Part shown: piece after piece, positions 44,092-54,640 of the stretch | Position numbering within the stretch: position 1 is the first letter of the stretch | Layout of the letters: every line of letters begins with the position of its first letter | Assembly (NCBI GenBank): GCA_024704765.1 | Contig: JAKMXF010000302.1 | Location: 248,001 to 312,000, forward strand | DNA length: 64,000 bases | Direction of reading: 5' to 3' | From: Oopsacas minuta | Taxonomy: Eukaryota; Animalia; Porifera | Translations under genes and position numbers: made by a program | The notes under the pieces: model-generated | What the model saw: the letters and a program-made list of their open reading frames with translations, nothing else | Databases searched by the model: none | Told to the model about the DNA's origin: nothing

Positions 44092-47000
44092 TCAACTTGG
44101 CCTAGAATATATGTAAGTGGCTGAACCAACCATAACTAAACCACAAAGAAAATATATCGTAGGAGTATAAGCAAATATGAAAATAGAAGCAATTAACGAG
44201 ACAACCAATGCGATTGATGTAGCAAATCCCTTCACAATATTGTCAGCATACTTTATAACTGCAGCTACTAGAATACCGCCTGCTGCCTGGATTATTACTA
44301 CAACGAATACGATTGGGGTGTAACCAAAAAAGAACCCTTTAATGAAAATATCTGATCCATCTTTCACAGCAATATAGAAGGCAGCTACAATGGCTCCAAA
44401 GAAGCTAAGTTGGATGTTTTTCACCCAAAGAGAAGCCGAGACTCCCTTCAACTGTTTTTCAACATACACACCTACAAACCCTGATAGGCAGGTAGCGCCT
44501 AAAACTGCGAAAAAACCGATTAGTGGATTATTCGTAGACTTGTCAATGTTTTCATTAGTGGCAATCTGTTGAAAATTATCAAATTGTACAAAAGAAATTC
44601 CAATGAAAAGAATAAACAGAGCTACCCATTTCATCCAGTTCAACTCTCTTCTGAGAATAATCACAGAGAATAGAGCAGTAGTCAACAGCTTGAGTTGAGA
44701 GAGTACCTATACAACAGTTTGTAATAATAGTGACGTAACGTTAACTAAATATACAATTCGTATATTAACAAATCATGCAAAAATCTGATAACATCTAATT
44801 GTAATTACAGTAATAAAACACTCAATTATTATTATACGTAACTATGAAATAATTAAAATAGTCATGTAACTATCGGTAACAATAATAACTATACAACTAT
44901 TAAATTAGGGTTAAAATTAATGTAATGCTAGTTAATCATTGTTTTCTTGTTTGGAGTTTCGTCTCAATCGTTCAGGTTCCTTCACAGCAATATTGCTGAA
45001 ATCATCAAACACAACAGAGACTGTATCACCCATTATATCTTCAAATTCCTGCTCACCACGCATGTTGTCATTCAGCTCAGATAACCTGAGTAGAGTAACA
45101 ATATCAGCATGTGGTCCTTCTAGTGCAAGAGCTAGCGAAGTCTTGCCACGACTGTCAACCAATTCTTTGTTCGCTCCCCTTTTCAAAAAGAGACACACGT
45201 GTCCAGTTTTTCCCATCTTGCTAGCGTGATGAAGCGCAGTCTGGTCGTTCCAATCCTTGGTATCAATATTAGCACCGTTTTGCATAAGAAACTCGCTAGC
45301 CATTAGATTACCATATATGGTGCTGCGGATCAGAGAGGTAGCTCCTAGCCCCCTGGGGTTCTGATACTCTATTCTAGCACCCTCAGCTAGTGCCTTCGCC
45401 ATCTTAGGAACATCTCCCAGTTGTGCAGACAGATAGAGGTCAAAATCAGGTGATTGTTCAATTTGAAAAGAATTTTTTGGTTTTATAACAGATATTGACT
45501 CAGTACGTTGTATCCGTATAGATGGAGCATCCATCTCTGAACCTGTACCGAATGGGGGAGGAGGAATTGGAGGTGTTTCTATGTTATTTCGTTTGTAATT
45601 TAGATTCAAACTTTCTGATAACTGATCATGTGTAGCGCCCTCTATACCTCCACTAGAATTATCACTGGAAGAACTAGAAGAACCTTCATCACATTGGAAA
45701 TTCAGTGAAGATATCTTAAGCGCTTTCTGCTTTACATGTACACCATAACTACTATGTTCTGTCATGGAATGTCTGTTTGTAATGCGAGGAGGTTTGGGCG
45801 GTGGCATTGTCATAGAAGAGCCTGGTTTGTTAAAACTACGACGGAAAGCTGAATGAGCTGCTAGAGTAGTTCGCTTGTCTAGAGAGCCCATTGGTTCTCT
45901 GAACTCTTTAAGTGTAGCGGTTAAGTGCTGTGGCTGAGGAAGGAAAGATTTTGGTCTTTGTTTAAGTGCGAGGCCTTCTCCTTCGTGTCTGGGCCTAGAA
46001 TGCAAGAAAGGAAGTTTGAAAGGACTTCTCTTCTTCTTTACAGTGCCAGACAGGTTGAAACTGGCTAAACTTGTTTCATCAAAATCTAGAAGTTCAGTTG
46101 AATGAGCACGAGCTAAATCAACTGAATCTACATCAACATCAACAAAAGACCTCAGATTAGGACCAACGAAATAGTGGTATTTATATTTAGCTGATATCCA
46201 TCGAATTCTTTCTTTCCTTGAAGCGGATGGTAATGGCTTCACCCAGCCGAGTGGAACATATGCCTCATAAATTGAATTAATTAATGAATTACCAAGTAGC
46301 ATCATTAACTTTTGAGATTCAGGCTCCCATTGATCCAACATCAGAGATCTAACCTTGCTAACTCTCACTCCCAGACTTCGATGGATTCCTGAACATTCTA
46401 TACATAGTATTACCCCTAGATTGACAGAAGACCAGGTTGCTTCTTTGTGACAGCAATCAGCACAAATGTCATTGCCAGGGACAGCTCTGAGCTTTTCATT
46501 GAACTGTCTTTGACCTTTGAACTTTGTACGTACAATATGAAATGATGATTCAGGGGGAGCGCTATTCTTGTCAATGGGTGAGTTAAGATTACTCATGAAA
46601 CAAGCTTGTAAAATTTCGCACCAGCGGACACGTTCACGCTCAGTCTCAGCTTGTAATGTTAATGTTTTGGTTGGAGTAACAACTTCGAAGCAATACCGCC
46701 TGTCGAAGTCCTCAAGAAGTTTTACCGTACACAGTTTTAAATCCTGAACTGCGATCTCCTTGCGTGTATCTTTGAAGTAGCATAGACGGAAATCTCCACA
46801 AGTAAAGTAGCGACGGTTCCAATGCTTAAATGCTGATTTACTTTTCTTTTTGAAAAGAAAGCCCTCGAATCTAGGATTACGAGGATCGACCTGAAAATCT
46901 TCAGACTGTCTTTCCATTTCCAGGAAAGTATTCACCACATCTTTTCTGTTGTTCATCTTTTTGAGATTCTCAATCATACTCTCTTGTATTGGTTCCATTT

Positions 47001-49059
47001 CTAACGAGTATTTAGCTAGGTTTGGTCTAAAGTCCTGAAGTAACCCATTGGCAACTTTGTAGAAGTAGCATTGACTTTCTAAATGGGAGATGACGTGTTC
47101 TAATAAGAAAGGTTGTTTCTTAGCAGCAAGAAGGTTGATTTGGAATGCAAGCTCAACAGACTGATGACTAAACTTCGTTCTAGAAGCCTCTAAATTCCTA
47201 CTCGCCTCCTCTGCCTCAAGTGGTTTCTGTCTGCTGGCGTTGACAGATCTGTTAACAGCTGTCAACAAGTGATCACTTGTCCTATCGAAAATCTTCCTGC
47301 TATCTTTCACCTTCCTAACTTCGTTATGAGAAAACTTGGTGAGCTCGGGGAGAAAACTCCCTTTCACCTGATCTTGTAGGATATTGAAATTAGTTTGGAT
47401 TTTTTTCACCGCGTCATGGAAAACTAGAAATGCATCTTTGATGATTCCGCGGTCGAAATGTATGCTAAAACTCTTAAGAATTGATGAGAATTGTCCCAAT
47501 GCATCTGCATACGAATTACCAGCTCGACTAAGCTCATCGATAGAACGAATGAATCCTGACAACAGTTGTTCAAACTCGAGAACAACCTGAACATGAGCTT
47601 GGAGTTTCGATCGAAATTGAGGCGAATCCTTAACGCACTCTTCTATACTCAACATTGACATTATACTTGTCCAAAATAAGATATTAATTAATACTTTCCT
47701 TAAATAATCTTTCCCTATAAGAAGCAATATAAAGTGGAAGTAGATCACTATATTATGATTTCAATCCAAGAGAGAACTGGAGTAAAATTCATTAGTAACA
47801 AATGCAACGAGTTCTATATATAACTTGTGATGGAGTATAAACTGTATGGAATCAAGTAAATAACTTTCAAAAGGACTACTATAGAAATAGTATGCAGTTA
47901 CAGATAGCTCTAGTTGCTACAACCACAGCGATAATATTACAGCCAGACCAGATGAAATCACTAATATAATCAGCTGAAAACTATGCTAGTGAGTAGGATT
48001 CGAAAATATGACAATGGCAATTCTGCACAGAAATATGCGAACTACTGAATAATCGAACCTTTGCCAAGTAAGTTCACAAATTTGAATAAATGATGGAATT
48101 GCCATATTGAATATTATCAGTGGAACTATCTTTTAAATTATAAATTCATTTCAAACTGGACCTAATCCTGAGCATAATTAAACTGGCCTCGATAGAACTC
48201 ATTAATATTAATTGAAGTTTAGAATAATGTAATCGAGTGACACGATATCGCATAGACAAATCCTGAACTGTAAATACGCAAACAGATAATAACAGAACAC
48301 AGGTCTACATATAGCCGTGTGCTTTCACAGCATTTATATCTGTAAATCAGCCTGAATACCATGTAACAAAGATAAACAGATATGGCTATATATCGTAATC
48401 AGAAGTTATATTTTGAAGCCAATTAGTGTTGGCTATGTTTGCTAAAATAAAGAACCCAAATAATATACGTACAAAGCTAGTAAGATAAAACTAATTCATT
48501 TATGGCATTTAAGTAATTTGACATTGAATAAACAAATTGGCGTTTACCTGAAATACAGCAGCATCTAAGTTAGAGGCAGCCACGTAGAGAAGATTATTCT
48601 GGAATACATAGAGGATAGCTGGAACCGACATTTTAAGTGTGTCAACATATTTAAGTGTAAAAATCTCTATAATCTCTACTCCAGCAGCTGAGCCTGTTTG
48701 ATAGAACATTATTGTAGTGCAGATGAAAAGTTTTAATATTTCAGCTAAGAATACAGCTGTAGTAGTGAGATAGAGATCTCCACTAACAATACGGGAATAT
48801 CGTGTAGTTAAAATAACAGAACTATTCTGAAACACCAAGAGAAACAATAATACGTATTGCAAGACATAGCCTAAAATAGATAAGCAAATAAATGTAAAGA
48901 AATTCATATTTTACATAATAAGTGAATAGACTTACTTTTAGGTTGTTCAGTATGTTTCTTTTTAATACCTTCCATAGGAAGTACAGATTCTTCTTTTTTG
49001 GTGGTATCTTCTTTCCCTAAGGAAAAAGTTGTGGAGCTGTTTTCAGTTGAAGTACTCAT
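44092..49059 (-). CDS. SLC35A: SLC35A nucleotide-sugar transporter (UDP-Gal/UDP-GlcNAc type), 3 exons (49059-48936, 48870-48548, 44706-44092); intron 2 is 3841 nt and contains ACAP
   Basis: VPAILYVFQNNLLYVAASNLDAAVFQ|VLSQLKLLTTALFSV is continuous with the family motif across a phase-0 junction. Also SGFVGVYVEK and VIKYADNIVKGFATS. Confidence 0.9.
44932..47661 (-). CDS. ACAP: ACAP / centaurin-beta Arf-GAP (BAR-PH-ArfGAP-ANK), intronless, nested on the same strand in SLC35A intron 2
   Basis: EECVKDSPQFR (BAR start), PH GFLFKKKS..WNRRYF, GAP zinc finger CADC...WSSVNLGVILCIECSGIHRSLGVRVSKVRSL, ankyrin repeats. The likely start is MSML at 47661; the ORF is open upstream to 47748. Confidence 0.93.
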   Translation of the reverse strand: MSMLSIEECVKDSPQFRSKLQAHVQVVLEFEQLLSGFIRSIDELSRAGNSYADALGQFSSILKSFSIHFDRGIIKDAFLVFHDAVKKIQTNFNILQDQVKGSFLPELTKFSHNEVRKVKDSRKIFDRTSDHLLTAVNRSVNASRQKPLEAEEASRNLEASRTKFSHQSVELAFQINLLAAKKQPFLLEHVISHLESQCYFYKVANGLLQDFRPNLAKYSLEMEPIQESMIENLKKMNNRKDVVNTFLEMERQSEDFQVDPRNPRFEGFLFKKKSKSAFKHWNRRYFTCGDFRLCYFKDTRKEIAVQDLKLCTVKLLEDFDRRYCFEVVTPTKTLTLQAETERERVRWCEILQACFMSNLNSPIDKNSAPPESSFHIVRTKFKGQRQFNEKLRAVPGNDICADCCHKEATWSSVNLGVILCIECSGIHRSLGVRVSKVRSLMLDQWEPESQKLMMLLGNSLINSIYEAYVPLGWVKPLPSASRKERIRWISAKYKYHYFVGPNLRSFVDVDVDSVDLARAHSTELLDFDETSLASFNLSGTVKKKRSPFKLPFLHSRPRHEGEGLALKQRPKSFLPQPQHLTATLKEFREPMGSLDKRTTLAAHSAFRRSFNKPGSSMTMPPPKPPRITNRHSMTEHSSYGVHVKQKALKISSLNFQCDEGSSSSSSDNSSGGIEGATHDQLSESLNLNYKRNNIETPPIPPPPFGTGSEMDAPSIRIQRTESISVIKPKNSFQIEQSPDFDLYLSAQLGDVPKMAKALAEGARIEYQNPRGLGATSLIRSTIYGNLMASEFLMQNGANIDTKDWNDQTALHHASKMGKTGHVCLFLKRGANKELVDSRGKTSLALALEGPHADIVTLLRLSELNDNMRGEQEFEDIMGDTVSVVFDDFSNIAVKEPERLRRNSKQENND

Positions 49060-49238
49060 TAAGAAATTCTATTGCCTGTAGCTAGAAATGAAAATATATA
49101 TGATTGTGATTGAATAAGTACAAATTAGCAAATGCAGTCAACTGCGGGTATTGTAGAGGTAGTGGTCTATAATTAAAAAACTAGCTAATTTTCTACGTAA
49201 CTATTACACAAATGTTCAAAAGTAAAATAAATTTACAA

Positions 49239-50030
49239 TCATAATATGAATGGGATAACAGCTCTCCTGCCTACTGGATAATCCTTCAACTTATCTTGGT
49301 AATATTTATGGTGATGATAACCGCGAGGAATGAGAGTAAAGAAAGTTTGAAAGAAAAAGCCCCAGCTACATAGCGTCCAATTACTAATAGCATATCCTAA
49401 CCATTCAAGAGTTTCAGCGAAGAAATTGGGGCAAGAAATATACTCAAATAAATAACCTCTAGGAATGAAGTACTGCCCTTTATACTTCTTATTCTTTGAT
49501 AGTTTAATTAAATAGTAATCAGCATGCATATTAATACCCATCCCAACAATGAAAATTACAATCCCAATCAAATAACGTAGCATTTCTAAAGGAGACATAG
49601 GATGATCTGGGAGATTCAAAATGTACGCTGCTTGTAAGTAACCATTGAATGATGTGTAACAAACAGCTATTAGTCCTGTATACAAAGGGATGCAATAGTT
49701 ACACAAGTGGAAAGGGTAGATAAGGCATCTATGAAAATAATGCACCATAAACGGAATCAAATATAGAATTTGTGAACTGAAAAACGATAGAGATTTGTTA
49801 TTAGAATTCCAGATCATGTATAGAGGTATGAGAAGAGAAGGAGATTCCATTAAAATCCACGTAATTGTTCCATTTAACTTCAGATTTGCACCACTGTAGC
49901 GACCATAGGGAAGTGGATGGAAAGAAATAACTATTAGAAATAGTATGAAGATGAAATGAATCGTAATGAAAGACTTGAAATATTCTTGGTTAACTTGAGG
50001 GAAATTAAACATAGATATTACAACATCCAT
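49239..50030 (-). CDS. SRD5A: 3-oxo-5-alpha-steroid 4-dehydrogenase (SRD5A1/2, DET2-like)
   Basis: PYGRY, WILMESP, HYFHR, GINMHAD, IPRGYLFEYISCPNFFAETLEWLG, HHKYY, RRAVIPFIL. Confidence 0.9.
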   Translation of the reverse strand: MDVVISMFNFPQVNQEYFKSFITIHFIFILFLIVISFHPLPYGRYSGANLKLNGTITWILMESPSLLIPLYMIWNSNNKSLSFFSSQILYLIPFMVHYFHRCLIYPFHLCNYCIPLYTGLIAVCYTSFNGYLQAAYILNLPDHPMSPLEMLRYLIGIVIFIVGMGINMHADYYLIKLSKNKKYKGQYFIPRGYLFEYISCPNFFAETLEWLGYAISNWTLCSWGFFFQTFFTLIPRGYHHHKYYQDKLKDYPVGRRAVIPFIL

Positions 50031-50392
50031 TAGTCTAACTCACTAAATATTGGTAAGAAAAAAGTATGCAATTATTATGTAAGTGAAAGTTCAAATCCCT
50101 ATGTCTGTCCGTCATTCTCGTGATTACATTTTAATTATTCGATAATTGCAAAAAATTGCGTTAGGTTAATATAAGTTGAAGGGATCATTTAGAGGAGACT
50201 TTCCTTAAGAGTAATATAGAACATATAAGATATAATAATACTATACGTATGTGCGCAATGATTATGATTATTCAAAGAGGCAGCATTAGATTAAAGAGCT
50301 CTGCACAAGATATAATTAATTCTACATTAGGGAAACCACGTAAATCCAATACAATAGAGATAGGTAAATGATATAATCAGTGATGGGGTTGT

Positions 50393-52186
50393 CTATTGAC
50401 GAGAAGCGAATGCAATACTCTCAGTGAGTTTCTTGATTTTATCTTGATTCTGGTAGTAGTTATAGCGCGATGCCTTGATACCTTCTCTCGCTTCTTCAAT
50501 CTGTATATCAATCTTATCAAGTTCTTCTCTGTATGGTATTAGCGACTCCTCTGTAATCGCCTCTTCTTTCTGGAGAGCTACAGAGTGCTTCTCACTTTCC
50601 TTCTTCCACTTATCAAGCTCATTCCTCATCGATTCCAAGTCTTCATGGATGAAATCAATAATCTTAGATAGTGGTGATACATTTTGACAAATCGATTGAA
50701 TGGATTGCTGCATTTGTTCTATCTCCTTCTTAACAACTTCCTTTTGTTTATGTTTCTGAGCATCATTAACACTACCACTCTCAGTTTCCAAAACATTATC
50801 TCCTTCAAGTAGTTTCTTAGTTTCAAACAATTTCTTTGTAAGTCCTCCTTGTTGACTCTCATCAATTTCAACAGCTGTATCATCTCCAAGCTTTAGAGGC
50901 TCTACATTATCCTGCACTATAAACTGTTCTTCAGTATCATCTTGATCTTGTTTATTGTCTAGATACACTTTAGGTCCCTCTATTCCTGATAGAATACGCT
51001 CCACTCCATCATGTGATGAATCCCTGCGTTTAGGTGGAGCTCTCCTAGCTGTACTAGGACGTATGGGAGGCCGTGACATCATAGGGGGTGGAAACTCCAT
51101 CTCCTGCTCATCGCCAGAAGAGGATCCAGCATGAACAGGGGGAGGAGGCAGCATAGGGTCTACTTCAGCTTCAGCTACATTTATATGACTGTTATTAGGA
51201 GGCAATGATCCTGTTTCTGGCATGGGTTGTTCAGTTACAGGTTCTGGGTCATGTCGACGTGAGCGTTTAGCAGAAGCTGGGCGCTGTCTGGGATTAGGAG
51301 GAGAGGCTTCTACTTGGGGTTCATATTGGCCTCTTGTATCCAGCTGGGGAGTAGGACTTGGTTCTCGTTGAACAGGCTGTTCTGGAGGAGGAGGCCTCCT
51401 GCCGTCTCGTGAGGTTCCACGCTTCAATCTCTCCTCAGAAATTTCTCGTTTCTTTACTCTATCTTCTGAAGATTCACGTTTCTTTACTCTATCTTCTGAA
51501 GATTCACGTTTCTTTACTACTTCCTCTTCTGAGTGGTCTCTTCTCTCTCTCCTAGCCCTCTCTCCTCTCCTCCTCCCATTTACATCACTGTGGGGATCTG
51601 GGGGCTTATCTCTCCTATGTTGGTCACTTTCATTCTCTGGCAGTTTGATCTGACTTGCCGTTGAAGCCAGTTCATTCTCATTGTCTTCAGATTTCTTAGG
51701 AAGTTTCACTTCTGTGCTCTGAGCCTGGGGTTGTTTAACCTCCGTCTTCTCTTGTCCTGAGAATGGCTTCTCTCCATTTAACACCCTCTTCACAGCCTCA
51801 CTACTGTCTATTTTCTTCTGAACACAGTAAGCAATTAATTGCAACATTTCATTAGTTCTCTCCGGCTCAGCCCCAGCTACTATTCGAGAGGGTTTAGTCT
51901 TGAGTTTCTGACCAGTAGCAAACATTAGCACATCAATAACTTTCTGGAGAAAAACCAATTTTTTTTCTTTGTCTTTAACCTTTTCAGAATTCATTTCTTC
52001 CTCTGTGAATAAGCCACGCAGGAATCCAGTATTCCTTAATATTTCCGTCAAAATATCGTGCAAGAAACGAAACGGAGGTTTGCTCAATAGTCTGTCAGTA
52101 AGAGCAGGTTTAGTTATCAACATCCCCAGACTACCCTTAGTTCTCTTTAGGATATCTGGATTTATCGTAGCAGGATTTGATGCCAT
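50393..52186 (-). CDS. TRAF3IP1: IFT54 / MIP-T3
   Basis: CH-like N-terminus LLSKPPFRFLHDI...IVAGAEPERTNEMLQ, charged middle region, RPSTARRAPP, C-terminal coiled coil PLSKIIDFIHED. Confidence 0.93.
   Translation of the reverse strand: MASNPATINPDILKRTKGSLGMLITKPALTDRLLSKPPFRFLHDILTEILRNTGFLRGLFTEEEMNSEKVKDKEKKLVFLQKVIDVLMFATGQKLKTKPSRIVAGAEPERTNEMLQLIAYCVQKKIDSSEAVKRVLNGEKPFSGQEKTEVKQPQAQSTEVKLPKKSEDNENELASTASQIKLPENESDQHRRDKPPDPHSDVNGRRRGERARRERRDHSEEEVVKKRESSEDRVKKRESSEDRVKKREISEERLKRGTSRDGRRPPPPEQPVQREPSPTPQLDTRGQYEPQVEASPPNPRQRPASAKRSRRHDPEPVTEQPMPETGSLPPNNSHINVAEAEVDPMLPPPPVHAGSSSGDEQEMEFPPPMMSRPPIRPSTARRAPPKRRDSSHDGVERILSGIEGPKVYLDNKQDQDDTEEQFIVQDNVEPLKLGDDTAVEIDESQQGGLTKKLFETKKLLEGDNVLETESGSVNDAQKHKQKEVVKKEIEQMQQSIQSICQNVSPLSKIIDFIHEDLESMRNELDKWKKESEKHSVALQKEEAITEESLIPYREELDKIDIQIEEAREGIKASRYNYYQNQDKIKKLTESIAFASRQ
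51447..51518 (-). repeat. 30-bp coding tandem repeat (2.4 copies) in TRAF3IP1
   Basis: Unit cgtttctttactctatcttctgaagattca occurs at 51447, 51477 and partially at 51507; it encodes ESSEDRVKKR. Confidence 0.85.
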
Positions 52187-52328
52187 CCAATGTGGAATTA
52201 TGAAATATATATCATAAACTAGATAGTAAAATATTCAAATTATCATTAATACAGAAAAATATAGAAAAAACATAAAACTACTGCTACTCAATATATAAGT
52301 ATAAGAAACTAATTAAACAAGAAAGTAC

Positions 52329-53444
52329 TCACATATTATATGGCCGTTCTGGTTCAGGCGTATGTGACGATTGTATTTTCCGTTTTTTAGCCTCTATCCA
52401 CTCTTGTTTATGTTCATAATATTTGTTTTCGTGAGTGAATGTTCGTTTTTTAAGAATAGAGTATTTACTTTCTTCGCTTTTCTTAATCTGACACCAATCT
52501 GTGTGTTTAGAAAGATACAACAAACATGGATTATCTGAAACACTCAATTCATTAAACTTGGGCTCAGTAGTAATAGTAAATGCATGAAAAGACTCGTAAG
52601 TAGAAATCCAACATATATTATTCAAACCAAAACATCCAGAATATGGCTGAGCTTGCAATTCTATCGTATGTAACAACATTATTGTATTTTCTTGAATTGT
52701 TAAGAAATATAACATATTCTTCCCTTCTACAGCTACAACTATAATCCCCTGTGATGAAACATCCAGCAGATAGACAGGAGTATTGCTGATAGTTAAAGTT
52801 GATAAAAGAAGTGAATTTTCAAAATCCCAAAGCTTGATTGTCCCATCACCAGCACCGGACAATATTCTGTTAGGATAATCCGGCAAGAAAGATATGTGAG
52901 TAACAAATTCAGTATGAGATAACAGAAATGAATGAATATTGTAAGCATTAGGATAATTACTGACACGTAGCTTACCTTCACTATCAGCTGTAATAATGTA
53001 TTTATCATTAACACTGGTTTTAACACAAGTTAGCATAGAACAATGACCGAGAAGAGAAGAAAAATTACATATTTCTTCACCAGAATCTTTAATCTGGAAT
53101 GAGCATACACAACCAGATTTATCAGCTAACAACAAATCATTTTCTGAGTTAGTAATACAAATAGATTGAATACTAGATTTGAATGGTATTAGTTTTGAAT
53201 AAGACATAATCCATCCGTTATCTTCCTCAAATTTATAAACATCTAATCGTTTGCCTTGTGTAACAAATGCTAATATTCTACCTGTAGGACTGATACAACC
53301 ACACACTATATGGGTAACATCACTGGTTGATATTGTCTGTAATTGTATAGGAATATTATAGATAACATAAAGGGAATGTGACTTATCTGGAATTACAACT
53401 AATGCAGGGATTCCTGTAATACTGCGATAGAGTAATGTAGCCAT
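52329..53444 (-). CDS. WDR4: WD40 protein WDR4/Trm82 (tRNA m7G methyltransferase subunit)
   Basis: ADKSG, LLGHCSMLTCV, IITADSEGKLRVS, IHSFLLSHTEFVTHI, SGAGDGTIKLWD. Confidence 0.85.
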   Translation of the reverse strand: MATLLYRSITGIPALVVIPDKSHSLYVIYNIPIQLQTISTSDVTHIVCGCISPTGRILAFVTQGKRLDVYKFEEDNGWIMSYSKLIPFKSSIQSICITNSENDLLLADKSGCVCSFQIKDSGEEICNFSSLLGHCSMLTCVKTSVNDKYIITADSEGKLRVSNYPNAYNIHSFLLSHTEFVTHISFLPDYPNRILSGAGDGTIKLWDFENSLLLSTLTISNTPVYLLDVSSQGIIVVAVEGKNMLYFLTIQENTIMLLHTIELQAQPYSGCFGLNNICWISTYESFHAFTITTEPKFNELSVSDNPCLLYLSKHTDWCQIKKSEESKYSILKKRTFTHENKYYEHKQEWIEAKKRKIQSSHTPEPERPYNM

Positions 53445-53560
53445 ACCTCAATGAGCTAGAAAATATATTTAGAAACAGGAATAGTAAGGAAACAAATCAT
53501 TTCGAGGAAGAATGCTATATTATCTCATTCATGCAATTCTGTATTTATCAACACATACAA

Positions 53561-54583
53561 TTAGTCATAATAATCCTCATAAGCTTGTCTACACAATTCG
53601 CTATACTCTTTTTTTTCCCTATCACTCATTCGTGTAACAAGGTCTTTAAGTTGTTCCAGCTGATACCATGTTCCTCTCACGATCATCCCCAAATTAGAGT
53701 TATCATCACTGTACGCCGCATCAGATGAACGAGGTGAAGTTTTAAATGAGCTCATAGGATAGTCATCATGTATATTCTCTCCTCTTGCTAGAGCCTCGGT
53801 AGCATTAGCTTCATCTCTACCAGAACCAGGGTGTCCTGATGGAATGTTAGCTTTCTTGTGATGTTTAGTCTCACCTATACACATAGAATCGCTGTTTGTA
53901 GCGATTAATGTTGAATTAGACATATGATTTTTACTGTCTGTGGCAATCATATAATCCTGTGTTAAGCTAGGCTCTACCATATCATTTGGTACAGTTGAGT
54001 CTTTAAATTGTTTCAAAAGATCGTAAATAGGTTTCAACTGTAAATTCAACTTAGCAATACTATTAATAGTACTTGATTGAGTTTTCTTTTCTTCCTCTTC
54101 AACTAGAGACCCACATCTCTCACAGACAAGATTACCTTCTGAATTCAGAAGTTTATCCATGTCAAGATCAGTATAATTAGGAAAACAGTATTGTTTAGTA
54201 CATAAATAATTTGTACGTTCACTACCACGCTCTTCAAGTTCCAATTTATCTCCCATTTTAAATAATCTATACCTAACTACATTAACAAACATTTGATAGT
54301 CTATGTAGTAGTAAGAAATCTTCTGAGGTCTTCCTTCTGGCTTTGGGATACTTATTATCTTTTCACGAATCAGTTTATCTCTTTCAAATTGGTTTTTGAC
54401 AGATCTTAATTGTCGAGCTTCTGAGTGTAATTTCTTTGCAAGATCTTCCTCGCTAAGAATCGTATTTTTAACTAACAAATCGATAAAAAGGAATTCTTTA
54501 GGGGGATAAAATGTATGAGCAACAAGTTGGACAAATTTCTTTAATAGCGGCTTCAATTCTTCTTCAGAAACTTGAGCACACAT
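53561..54583 (-). CDS. GTF2E1: General transcription factor IIE alpha
   Basis: Winged helix (EEDLAKKL...QLR), YYYIDYQMFVNVVRYRL, zinc ribbon (C..C...CERCG), QLKPIYDLLK, acidic C-terminus. Confidence 0.88.
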   Translation of the reverse strand: MCAQVSEEELKPLLKKFVQLVAHTFYPPKEFLFIDLLVKNTILSEEDLAKKLHSEARQLRSVKNQFERDKLIREKIISIPKPEGRPQKISYYYIDYQMFVNVVRYRLFKMGDKLELEERGSERTNYLCTKQYCFPNYTDLDMDKLLNSEGNLVCERCGSLVEEEEKKTQSSTINSIAKLNLQLKPIYDLLKQFKDSTVPNDMVEPSLTQDYMIATDSKNHMSNSTLIATNSDSMCIGETKHHKKANIPSGHPGSGRDEANATEALARGENIHDDYPMSSFKTSPRSSDAAYSDDNSNLGMIVRGTWYQLEQLKDLVTRMSDREKKEYSELCRQAYEDYYD

Positions 54584-54640
54584 TTGGCTAAATTATCTAA
54601 TAAATTTCTATCATTTAAATAAATTGTAATACTAAAGTTG

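Noticed and set aside
47662-47748. Extended ACAP N-terminus (MIYFHFILLLIG...)
   Set aside because: Non-ATG start, and the sequence looks like a polypyrimidine tract plus acceptor. Family similarity begins at MSMLSIEEC.
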